Assembly: GCA_946965045.2 (NCBI GenBank)
Contig: OX337229.1
Location: forward strand, 124,001 to 188,000
Source of the DNA: Epithemia pelagica
Lineage: Eukaryota > Protista > Bacillariophyta
Length of the DNA stretch: 64,000 nucleotides
Direction of reading: 5' to 3'
Shown: in pieces, positions 33,923 to 44,554 of the stretch
Layout: each line of letters starts with the position of its first letter
Numbering within the stretch: position 1 is the first letter of the stretch
Notes under the pieces: model-generated
Seen by the model: the letters and a program-made list of their open reading frames with translations, nothing else
What the model was told of the DNA's origin: nothing
The model's database searches: none
Position numbers and translations under genes: made by a program

Positions 33923-34846
33923 ATGAAGCTGCTTCAAAAGGTACGAGGTACGATTACCGGTGGTGGAGGAAACAATAATGCTTCGGTCGGTCGAACTCGC
34001 AAGCCAAAGGGAGGAGTCACCAAGGGAGGACGATTGGACAAGAAAAAGAACAATAAGGACCTACAAGCAGTCGTTGACAATGGTTCCAGCGAATTGTCCT
34101 CGTCCATTCATACCATTGATACTGAGGCCAGTGGAATGAGTAGCTGGACCGGTTCCTCTCCTTCCCTGCTCTCGTCGTCTCGTTCGGTCGGTCGTCGGTC
34201 ACGGCGTCGAGGCGATGCGCGAGTGGTGCAGTTTGAGGAGGACCGAATCGAGGTAATTCCGTATCCATACTACGACTACGACGACCAAACCGACGATTTG
34301 ACACGACGGTGGTATACCGAAGAGGACTGTCGTCGCATGAAAAAGGACCATCAGTGCACCCTTCAGACACTGTGTCGCACCGTAGCAACCTCCTTTCATG
34401 AAGTTGGCGGCGATGGCTATGCCCGTGCCCTGGGGGCCGTGTACGAGGCCTGCCGTAAGCAAAGTACACAAGAAGAACCAGAAGAAGAACAACAAGAAGC
34501 GGTTCTCCCCGCTGTCCTACAAGACGAATTGAAACAGCACTGCCAACTCTGGACGGATCGCACAGGCTTGGAACACAAGCTGTTGCACTTTCTCTGTTCC
34601 AATCATTATTATGGTAAAAGCAGCAGTAGCAGCACGACGACCGCCCTGATTCAGTCTCCGCGTAGTCGCATGACGGATGTGGTCCTCTTTCCTGAACTCC
34701 TTGAAGTCAGGAAAAATACTACGCACGAGACTGCCCGCACCCCCGAGGAATTGCGAGTCCAATGTCAAGCCATCTCCCGGCCATCTTGCTTGTTTGCACA
34801 AGCCCTGGCACAAGCACAACAACAACGACAACAGGTGTCGGCCTAA
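33923..34846 (+). CDS. Paralogue of 31158-32675 (RVxF-type motif family)
   Basis: RVVQFEEDRIEVIP..RWYTEEDC..RTGLEH..QCQAISRPSCLFAQ; ATG at 33923. Confidence 0.72.
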   Translation: MKLLQKVRGTITGGGGNNNASVGRTRKPKGGVTKGGRLDKKKNNKDLQAVVDNGSSELSSSIHTIDTEASGMSSWTGSSPSLLSSSRSVGRRSRRRGDARVVQFEEDRIEVIPYPYYDYDDQTDDLTRRWYTEEDCRRMKKDHQCTLQTLCRTVATSFHEVGGDGYARALGAVYEACRKQSTQEEPEEEQQEAVLPAVLQDELKQHCQLWTDRTGLEHKLLHFLCSNHYYGKSSSSSTTTALIQSPRSRMTDVVLFPELLEVRKNTTHETARTPEELRVQCQAISRPSCLFAQALAQAQQQRQQVSA

Positions 34847-35323
34847 CGTTGTTGTCCCACACAAGAAAACGACCGACACGAGAAAAAAAGGACCGCCATA
34901 GGCAGTATCCATACCAGACGGTGAATGCTTGGGGAGAACGACCAAGTTTTTTTGTGTGTTGTTCTTTGCAATCTCGTTTTGGAATTTTATATTTTCAGAT
35001 CCAAGTCACAACGACTACGACTGGAACTGGAAAATTTTAACCATACCGTAAAACTACCATAGTATGACAGTAAGCCAACTCTTGAGAACGAGCTGTTAAA
35101 GGTAAAGCCAACAGACTTGCGCACGCTCCGCTTGGAGAGGACTCGTTATAATATGAGACAAGGAGTGATTCTCCTTCTCGCCTGTGACAAACCTCCTCTT
35201 TCCTGCTATCATTGGGAGTCCAAACTCCTTTCTTCTACTCCTAGGAGTACTTTGGAGTAGTACCAGATCGGCACAGGTAGCTACCTGTTCGTCTTGCGCG
35301 ACCAGTCGCTGACGCAGGAGGGC

Positions 35324-37630
35324 GACCACATTCACTCCCGCCACGACTCTTGACGTCACAGCCTACGTCACAGCGAATCTGGTGTTGGTTCCGAGTTCGT
35401 CCGGAGACAACAACCCGAACCGAGAACAGTTGCGACTTTTCTCGCTTCGAGGGAGTGTTGTGGTGGGGCTTCTTCTGAAGCAGGGGCTCGGTTCTCCTCT
35501 TCTATTCTCTGTTCTCCCAGTTCGAATTCCCATATTCCACCCCATTGCGCCGCGCATGCGAGCACGCAGCAATGCGAACAAGTTGCCACAAGATGCGAAT
35601 TGCTGCAGACGAGAGAGAATCCAGGCGAATGACATCGTCCTTCTGCTCGGTGTCATCCACGATAGATCGAGCCTTTGTTGTTCCTTGTTGGGTGCAATGC
35701 CCGTTTCGATCTGTGCCCCTGTCATTCATGACTTTATCTAGCGCTTCAAGAACATTCACGCAATAACAGAAAAGGAAACCAATAGCGCATAGAACTCTGA
35801 GAATTATATGATCAGTGACCCGAATGGATGCTCTGACAGTCCCCATCGGGGTCGCATGTCGCACCCATCTGGCCAAATGACACAACGGGACCAGAAAAGC
35901 AAGCCCAGCGCACTCCACCACCACCACAGCTCTGTCTCATTTTGTATTAGCAAGCCATCTCATCGCATTCGAATCATCTCCGTGTCATCCTTGGGCCAAA
36001 GCAAGCGCAACTTTGGTAGCATAAAATACACAACCGTGACAGTGTCAAGTCCACCATCTACTCTCCTTATCTCTCCATCAGTCAGTCTCTAATCTTTGAG
36101 CTACCAGTCAGTCAACACTATATACAGCTCCTTCTATCATCATCATGGCTGTCATTTCGTTGGAAAGTCACCACTATCATGTAAGTTTCGTCACCCCAAT
36201 GACAACCATGTCGTGCCATGTCATGTCGAAGAAGCACTTGTTCTCATGGATTGTTCATTCTCTAGTCTGTCGCAACAGCAACCACAACGACCACCAAATC
36301 AACTTCGTCGAACCAAATCAAGAATCCTGCCATTTCCAAACGCAAACGACAAAGCAACAACCACAACGAGGCGGCCATTGATGCTGGTGAATTGTCGGAT
36401 TCTTCCTCGTCGTCCTTGTCCAGTCGATCCACTCAATCGCAACGCCGACAACGGTCATCGCAACAACAACAACGTCGCTCCAACAACAACCACAATAAGA
36501 ATGGACGACGTCCCACAAAGAAATCCAATACCAAAAAGGCCACTCCGACATCACCTCCACCGATGACGGCCGAACAAGAAGCCCAATTTTGGGCCTTGGA
36601 TTGTGAAATGGTGGGCGTGGGTGATTACGGAGGAATTGACTCCATTTTGGCTCGTGTCGTCATTGTTGATTGGCACGGCCAAGTCGTTTTGGATCAATAC
36701 GTACAACCGACACAACCCGTGACGGATTATCGCACGCACGTGTCCGGCATTACCGCCGACCAATTGTTGGCCGAAAATGGTGCCGTTCCCTGGCAAACTT
36801 GTCATGATACCATCCTAGAATTGTTGCACATTTCCACTTCGTTGGACGCCGACGGATGGCTCGATTATTCGCAAACGACGCAAATTCTCGTCGGTCACGG
36901 GTTGAAAAATGACTTGGCCGTCTTGGGACTTCCCGGCTATCCCTGGTATTTGCAACGCGATACCACCAAATGGGAACCCTTTTTGCAGAGCACTACTACT
37001 GCAACATCATGCCGATTGCCCGGCAGTCCTCGCAAATTGCGCGATTTGACCAAATGCAAATTGCACCGCGACATTCAAGTGCCGGGACGACCACATTGTC
37101 CGTACGAAGATGCCGTGGCCGCCCTCGATTTGTACAAGTTGGTTCGCGTCAAGTGGGAAAAGGCCATGGATTACAAACTCAACAAGACGCGAGAAATCAT
37201 GCTCTTGCAGCAACAACAACAACTCGAACAACAGCAAGCTGCACATGACGCACAAGAAGCAGAAGTGGCACCAGAACGGCCACAGGAGATTCTGGTGGAC
37301 GACGACGACAAGGAACCCTTGGACGCTGTACCATTGCTCCAAAACGTTAAACATGATTGGCAACAGCTCTTGTCTCTATGATCTCTGTTGTAACTTCAGT
37401 ATTGTATCCTTGTAACAACCGACAAAATCAAAAACCAAGCACATCGTGGTGACTGTCCACCACGTCAAACGCCTTCATCATCAATCTCTAGATATATCCC
37501 CGTTTCGAGAGTCGAGGGTGCTCTTTCTACCTCTCTATACATACATTCCTTATACATTTGATACATGTTGTAATTTCAGACAAGGGATAGAAAACACCCT
37601 GTCTATAGACCCAATCAATCTTATTCTCTA
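35324..37630 (+). repeat. Inverted segmental duplication, arm 1 (~2.3 kb)
   Basis: Matches the reverse complement of ~44555-46934 across the upstream region, intron, CDS and 3' flank; boundaries are approximate. Confidence 0.88.
36145..37381 (+). CDS. REX4: REX4-like DEDDh 3'-5' exonuclease, copy 1, 2 exons
   Basis: Exon 1 encodes MAVISLESHHYH; intron 36181-36265 (GTAAGT..TCTAG). Motifs ALDCEMVGVG, DYRTHVSGI, LVGHGLKND and HCPYEDA. Confidence 0.85.
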
Positions 37631-37740
37631 TGAAACTCTGTAGTGCTACCTCAATAACAAATCATTTTCTGAGTAGAACACTTGCTACTTGTTGGGTTCT
37701 ATACGCAACTCTTCCCTTAGTTAAGTTTACACGTCTATTA

Positions 37741-39024
37741 TTACTCTTCTTCAATGGTTCCACAGTGGAATCCATCAAACTCTTCACTCATTTGTTCGTA
37801 TTCCTCCAGGCTGTCTTGATAGGTACTTTCCGCCCAGGTACTTTCGGCCATTGTGTCATTGTCCCCTGTGGTAGTATCGTCCTCGTCGTCGTCATCATCA
37901 TCATTCATGAGACACTGTGCTTCTTCGGGAGTGAGCTTTCCCGCCACCACCATTTCGGCCAGTTCGGGAAGGAGTGCATTAGACGGATCGGACAGAGGCT
38001 GAGAATTGGGAGCTTGGTACATTTTGGGCGGTGGTGGCTCGACTCCATCGATCCGCTTGTTGCGACGAGGCCAGAATTGATCTCTCTTGCTATAAAAGTA
38101 GTCGATCCAAATGCCCCATTGATCGCGAGGGATATAGGCGAGCGGCGTGGCTCCATGACGATCACACAAATGAAGCAGGTGTCGATCTTTTTGGATCAAC
38201 CGAGTGACAATCTCAAAGGAAGGATTGGTTCCAAAGAAGGCACTGTGCAACGGAGTTCTTCCAGCGCCATCCGAGACTTGAACACTCGCTCCACAATCAA
38301 TCATGAGTCCAAGACAGGCATCCCATCCGGAGCGGCAGGCTGTATGCAACAACGAGTCCCCGTGTCGATTGCAAGGATTGGTCGATATTCCACTCGACAT
38401 GATTCCACGAAGCTTGTCTTGTTGCTTGGAAAGCGCTAGATCTTGCAGTCTTGTATGATAGCTTGCGACTTGCAAGGTTGTAGGGTCATTGAAATAGCAT
38501 GTCTCGAGCGTGTGGAACTGTTGTGTCGAGTATCCAAGCGTGCGCAACATGACATCGAGGAACACCTGTGGTGACCGTTGTGATGGGTAGGAAGCAACCG
38601 GTTGGCTCACAGATTCGGGCTTGTTGTTGTTGTTGTCTGTCAATGAAAGGTCATAGGCTTCGGAAACAAGATCACCAATGTTGCCTTTCCCTTGAATCGA
38701 TCTGACTTTGGGAATTGACAAACCATCATACACACCACCGCTTTTGAGGCACTTGCGTCCTTTTCTTTTCAAACCTTTCTCCGAATGGTTGCTGCAGGAC
38801 TTGGATTTACCCAAGGGAGATTCCTTTTTCACATCGACTCGTTGTTGTTTCTTCTCAAATACCTTGAATGCCGCCTTGTCCTTGGGTGGCTCATGGACCT
38901 CTTTCCCTCGATTCGATTCCAGAAATACCCGCTTGAGTGATTCCGGAATGCGACTTCCTCCAAAGCCATGCGTCGCTCGAAAGACTCTGTTTCGGGATGA
39001 CAAGGACGGAGTGGGAGCCGTCAT
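37741..39024 (-). CDS. Ankyrin-repeat protein
   Basis: NRHGDSLLHTAC, DGAGRTPLHSA and DRHGATPLAY; acidic tail; ATG at 39024. Confidence 0.85.
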   Translation of the reverse strand: MTAPTPSLSSRNRVFRATHGFGGSRIPESLKRVFLESNRGKEVHEPPKDKAAFKVFEKKQQRVDVKKESPLGKSKSCSNHSEKGLKRKGRKCLKSGGVYDGLSIPKVRSIQGKGNIGDLVSEAYDLSLTDNNNNKPESVSQPVASYPSQRSPQVFLDVMLRTLGYSTQQFHTLETCYFNDPTTLQVASYHTRLQDLALSKQQDKLRGIMSSGISTNPCNRHGDSLLHTACRSGWDACLGLMIDCGASVQVSDGAGRTPLHSAFFGTNPSFEIVTRLIQKDRHLLHLCDRHGATPLAYIPRDQWGIWIDYFYSKRDQFWPRRNKRIDGVEPPPPKMYQAPNSQPLSDPSNALLPELAEMVVAGKLTPEEAQCLMNDDDDDDEDDTTTGDNDTMAESTWAESTYQDSLEEYEQMSEEFDGFHCGTIEEE

Positions 39025-39835
39025 GTTGTGGAGGTAGGAGTGTGTGTGTGTGTGTGCGTGTGTGTGTGGAAACAAAGTTTCTTTTTGTGAGAACACACTC
39101 AGAGAGTCGTTATTTTGTTTTGCTTGGGGATTCCCCAACAATTATCTGTTTTTCTGTAAGGAACCAAAAGAGCACGACCTGCCAGCTGGCCACAATCTTC
39201 TCGAAGCTACGAGCTCTTATTAATAACAAAAAGTATGGAGTAGAGATTAGAGATATACGCGTATTTTCTAGAGCTTTTTTTTCTGCTGGAGAACTCAAGC
39301 CCACCCTTTGCCCTCTTTTGTTTGTACGCACCCATGGCGTTGCGTGGCATTCCGGCTTCCCCAACGCAAGCGTGCTGGGCACGGGGGAACGATAAACAAA
39401 TGTGAAGGGATTAATTGGAGACCCTATGGCCCTACTCGCGACAACGAACGTGATTGCTCGTTGGTCCCTCATTCGATGAACGGTTTTACATGATATAATA
39501 TTCAAATGCTTGGACATGCACGAGCGACAAGGGTATGAGTCCCATGCCCCAGATGTATGTCCAATACACCAACGTCTCAAGCGACTCCTGATCTTTGAGG
39601 CTGCACAAAATCATTCTTCTTTGCAAAAGTACATGGTACCAATCTACACAACAAGACATACTTTCATGGGGTTCCTTGCAAAATACAAGAATAAGTGTTA
39701 AAAACATTATTTATACATGTTCTGTGATAGTGTGTTCTGGTCGTGGCATGGTTTTGATGCATTTTGTAAGTACGAACTTGGTAAATAGTGTTGTGGATTT
39801 TGTCATCTTGTGTTTTGAGTGTGAATTTGAGTGAG

Positions 39836-40225
39836 ATGTCAATGTGCGACATGAAAGGCATGCTTCAAGCCAAGACTCAAGAAATTACACAATTGCAACA
39901 GGACCTTTCGGTCCAACACGAACGGTTGGTACAACTCAAGAGTCAAACGCATGACTTGCATCAACGCTTGGCCGAAGCGCAACAACAACAATTGCAATTG
40001 CAGCAACAACAACAGCAAAAACAGCAGTCGAATGCGCATTCGGCTCCCGCAGCAGCACCTGCCGGGTTTTCCTTTTTACCGACACCCTTTATGTATCCAT
40101 CTCACATACCTGCCACAGCACCCGTACCTCTACCACTGCCGGCTCCTACTGTCGTGCCAGTCTCTTCTTCAACAGCAGCATTAACCACCACAACGACGAC
40201 GACTGAAGCGTCGTCCAATGCTTAA
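39836..40225 (+). CDS. Small coiled-coil, Gln- and Pro-rich protein
   Basis: Heptads LQAKTQEITQLQQDLSVQHERLVQLKSQTHDLHQRL, then poly-Q and a Pro-rich tail. Confidence 0.45.
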   Translation: MSMCDMKGMLQAKTQEITQLQQDLSVQHERLVQLKSQTHDLHQRLAEAQQQQLQLQQQQQQKQQSNAHSAPAAAPAGFSFLPTPFMYPSHIPATAPVPLPLPAPTVVPVSSSTAALTTTTTTTEASSNA

Positions 40226-40444
40226 CACATGGAACAAAGATCCAGTCTCGACCACGACACAATCATCATTTTGATAAATGGATGTTCTACTCAGTGATAG
40301 AAATTGAGAATCCGTCGGCATGACCTTGTCATAGTAAAACAATAGTGCTTTGTTTGTTTGTAAATGCAAAACACTATTTTTAGTTTGTAGCGCATCGGCC
40401 CTTTTGCGTTCCCAAGCAGAAGGGATTCTTGTAACTCATGGACC

Positions 40445-42788
40445 TTAGTCGTCATGTTCTTCTGGCTCGTCGTTATTTTCTTCATTGTCTGGTTCCTCGG
40501 CATCTTCATTTGCATCTTCATTTGCATCGTCATTCTGCTGGATCGTGTCATCTTGCTCGTCCTGCTCTTCATCTTCTGCTGCTACTTCCTCATCATCGTC
40601 ATCGGCATTGTATTGTTCCATGTATTGATTCATATCGGCCCGTTTGCGGGCCATACCCTGCGGATACAAGTCATTGTACTGCTCCATACCGGGTGGCGGA
40701 AAGCCATGTTCGCACCAATGTGTCACGACCACTTGTTTGGTCGTAAGGTTCAAACCGACCAAGGTCCAATACCGCATCAAGGATCGGGCCGTACCCATGG
40801 AATAGGATTCCACCGCCGTCAAGCTACTGCTACCACCTTGTCGGGAAACCGAACGATCCCACAAGACATCTTCGGCTGCTTCCGGATAGCCCAATTGATA
40901 TTGAAGGCGTTGCACCGCACTGAACATGGATGGTTCTTGGTTCTTTGTTTCTGTGTTGGTCGATTCTACGGAACGTTGCTGCACAATCGGTCGGCTGGGA
41001 CTAAAAATGTCATAGCCGGCCGTCCACAATCGACTGCTCCACAGCGCATCTCGATCAGTGCCGCCTTCTCGCATCGCGTGGGGATTTCTCATGGACAACA
41101 AAAAGGGATCCCGTGGAACCTGTTGGCATTCAAAAAGGAAGGGCAACCGTGTGACACACTCTGTGAGACTCACCAGAGTCACATTCACCAACACAACAAC
41201 AATAACACATGCCAACAGTGTTCTCTTTTTGCAACACACGACCTATACATACCTCGTGCACCAATTGCGAATGGGCCACAAAGAATCGTGTCGTGACAAA
41301 GGGCGCAAAGGCCGGCGTCGTCAAGACCTCCGCATCCCACACGGCATTGCCCTCGATGCGAATGGTGGAATATTGGTCCAAGACGGGGCCACACAAACGA
41401 GTCGTTGGTTGCCGTTGCTGTTGTGTCTTGTCGAGAGGTGGCGGTGGTGGAATATGGGACAAGACTGGTTTGGAGGACGGTGCCGCTTGCAATTGAGAGA
41501 TTGTCACGTCATCCCAGTCCTGGACCCACGTTGCAGCAGTACCTTGTTGCGCTTCGAATTGGAGAAACCAGGATTCGCCCCACCACAATTTCAACGTGAC
41601 CAGTTCGACCAAGGTCAATGGCAGCGGCATGTCCGATTCCACCCGAACGACTCGCACATGATGACAATAGTCAGGTCCGAGATCCGATTGTTCGCAAAAG
41701 TGTTGGACACACTCGGCCGTTTCCGCGTTCGCAATCACCAGGCCGACAAAGACGCGTTCGGGATGGGCGGCCTTGCCAAAGACTTGGTGGAGCAGGTCGA
41801 TACAAGTCTTTTGTTTGTTGTTATTATTCGTATTGGAAGAAGAGGCCGTCAGGAGGAGACTGACAAAGAGAGAATCGTCCGTTTTTCGGGGTGGCAACCG
41901 GTGCAAGGCATTCTGCTCCCAGGGATACCAGGTTTGAACCGTAAACTCACAATGCGCTTGCCAGAGTTCTTCTTCATTCCTGTGGTGGTTGCCGGTGTGG
42001 ACGTTGGTCTGCCATTGACGCAACCAGTCGGTCAAAAAGGTGGTAATTTCCGATTGTTCCAAGGGTGGTTGATCGGACCAGGATTCGTCTAGAATGCCCT
42101 GTTGTTTCTTGTGTGGTTCCAGTGCGGCTTGTTTCGGAGTGTTGTTGTTTTGGTTGTGTTGGAGATTGTACCAGCGTTGCTTTTGTTTGCGTTCTTGCTT
42201 TTGCTTTTTGGCGTCTCGGAGTGGTTTGCCTTGCAATTGTTGTTGATGCAAAATTTCCGTGGCGGTTTCCCGTCCTTGTTGAATCTCGCGCAAGCGTTCT
42301 CCAATGAGTTGTTGTTTGGCCCGCAATCGTTGCAACCGGTTAGGAATTTGTCCCACTGTGGTTGCTGTTGTGGATGAATGATTCATCAAGTGCTGTATGG
42401 CTAAATGCCATTCATCTTGTACCACATGCCGCAAGTGTTGGCCGAGACCTTCGGTGGCATGATGCAAGGCTTCGGACGACGCACCAGCTCTTCCGGCCAC
42501 TAGCAAATGGGGATCCTTCTTGTTCAACTTTTTGATATTGTTCTTGTCGGTTTTGGGAGGAAACAAAATCTTGTGTTCTTCGGCATCGGTTGGTTCATGA
42601 GGCACTGGTGGTTCTGGTTCCAGTGGCATGAGCAACAAGACACCAAAGACTACCACCACAAAGACGAGGATAAAGATCCATACCAGGGCCGAAATGCTGC
42701 TCGTCGTTGTAGTTGCTTCGCCGGTGGTTCGTCGACGACGCTTGAGGGGTTGCGCATTCTGCAAAAAGCTGGGAGCGTTGATTGTCAT
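40445..42788 (-). CDS. Type II membrane GT60 (Skp1 GlcNAc-transferase-like) protein with degenerate catalytic motifs, 2 exons
   Basis: N-terminal TM segment; A.HPERVFVG, WWGESWFLQ, KPVLSHIP, EVPRDP, SRLWTAGYDIFSP and YSMGTARSL; intron 41120-41252. Confidence 0.7.
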
Positions 42789-43209
42789 GATTCACTGTAA
42801 TGTAGAACTTGGAGACTTGATAGCTCACCCACAATGGAGAAAGGTCAAGATGTGTCCGGTTCAAACACCAAAAGAGCAAAGACCCGCCCTCTGTTTTGTT
42901 GCTGAAAATATAATAAAGGGGGTGACTTTGGGGATGACCCCTCATTGGAGGTCATTATTATGTAGTCGCTATTAGGTAGCGTTTCTCTCAACGTCACTCG
43001 TCCATCCATCAACAAGATACCCTTTGATTGACTGACGCGTGTTCCTTGGTTCGATGTTTCGATGGCAACCATTGATGGTCCATTGCCATTGCATCATCGA
43101 AAGGTCTTTTTTCTTTTGTTCTGGAACACACATTACTGGGTCGTTCCAAAGAGAGAATCCATATCCCAAAGAACACAATAAAGCAAAAGTCAAACCAAAT
43201 ACAATCATC

Positions 43210-44247
43210 ATGTCTTCTTCTTCCTTGTTTTCGATCGGGAGTCGGTGGGCCGCCTGGAGTCTGTGCCTTGTCGTCGCAACGACTACTACCACCAGTGCCT
43301 TTGTTGTTTTGCCCAACGCGCCGCAACTGTCGTCGTTTCATTCGTCGTCTTCGACCTTGTGTATGGCCGATGTCACGACGGCCATGATTAAAGAATTGCG
43401 GGAAGCAACGGGTGCCGGCATGATGGATTGCAAAAAGGCCTTGATCGAATGCGAGGGCGACGCCGAAGCCGCCAGTGAATATTTGCGCACCAAGGGATTG
43501 GCCAAGGCCGACAAGAAGGCCGCACGCATTGCCGCGGAAGGCCGCATTGCGGTCGGAACCTCGGACGATAAGGGTGCCGCCTTGGTGGAAATTAATTGCG
43601 AAACCGACTTTGTGGCCAAGGATGGTAGTTTTGTCGACTTTTGTCAAGCCGTGGCCGAAACAGCCGTGAAATTGGACAATGACAGTGTCGAATCCTTGGT
43701 AGCGGCCTCCATGAAGGAAGATGGTACCGTGGAAGAATCGCGTCAAGCCTTGGTGGCCAAGATTGGAGAAAATATTCAAGTTCGTCGCGTGGCTCGTCGA
43801 GGCACTCCCGACACGACGGTGGGCGCCTACATTCACATGAATCGCATTGGTGTCTTGGTCGAGTTGGAAGGAGGAACGCCCGAATTGTGTACCGATGTGG
43901 CCATGCATGTGGCGGCCCTCAATCCTCCCTATGCCACGTCCGACGATGTTCCGGCCGACGTTTTGGACAAGGAACGCGAGATTTTGACGACGCAGGCCTT
44001 GGAAAGTGGCAAACCGGAATCGATTGTGGAAAAAATGGTCCAGGGCCGGATTCGCAAATATTTGCAAGAAATTTGTTTGGTCGATCAGCAATATGTCAAG
44101 GATGATTCTCAAACGGTCCAACAATTGTTGGAGGCCAACAATGCCAAAATGGTGGGCTTTACGCGATTGGCCGTCGGAGAAGGCATTGAAAAGAAAGCCG
44201 ATGACTTTGCCGAAGAAGTGGCCAAAATGGCCAGCGGGGGCAAATAA
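43210..44247 (+). CDS. tsf: Elongation factor Ts with bipartite plastid-targeting presequence
   Basis: KELREATGAGMMDCKKAL, EINCETDFVAK, KIGENI, HVAA, GKPESIVEKMVQGRI and GEGIEK. The signal peptide ends TSA|FVVL (ASAFAP type). Confidence 0.95.
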   Translation: MSSSSLFSIGSRWAAWSLCLVVATTTTTSAFVVLPNAPQLSSFHSSSSTLCMADVTTAMIKELREATGAGMMDCKKALIECEGDAEAASEYLRTKGLAKADKKAARIAAEGRIAVGTSDDKGAALVEINCETDFVAKDGSFVDFCQAVAETAVKLDNDSVESLVAASMKEDGTVEESRQALVAKIGENIQVRRVARRGTPDTTVGAYIHMNRIGVLVELEGGTPELCTDVAMHVAALNPPYATSDDVPADVLDKEREILTTQALESGKPESIVEKMVQGRIRKYLQEICLVDQQYVKDDSQTVQQLLEANNAKMVGFTRLAVGEGIEKKADDFAEEVAKMASGGK

Positions 44248-44554
44248 CTAAAAAGGCGAGAGAATAAGAGACATACAACCAAAAGACGACGAATCGTAGT
44301 AGTAACACGTGAACTAGTAGAAATGGAACAAAAAAACGACATGGTGCCGAATATACATGATAGTAGTTCTAGAAGAGACGATGGCACTGTCATCCCCAGA
44401 CCCCTTGGAACGGGCGTATATTGTTTTGTGTCTCTTGCTGTCGCGTTGTGAAGACCGGAAACTTCTCCGCTCTGGAGATACTATCTAAAGATACTATACC
44501 TCGGATGCCTTACCGAGAACTTGTGGTTTCTCTCCACTGGATTGGGAAAAGAGA

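Noticed and set aside
35363-35741. Small ORFs in the duplicated REX4 upstream region (also 46454-47053)
   Set aside because: Frames shift between the two copies and there are no recognisable motifs; retention is explained by recent duplication.
40454-42092. Plus-strand ORFs of 280 and 344 aa
   Set aside because: Antisense shadows of the GT60-like gene; the same applies to shadows over tsf and the PLP enzyme.
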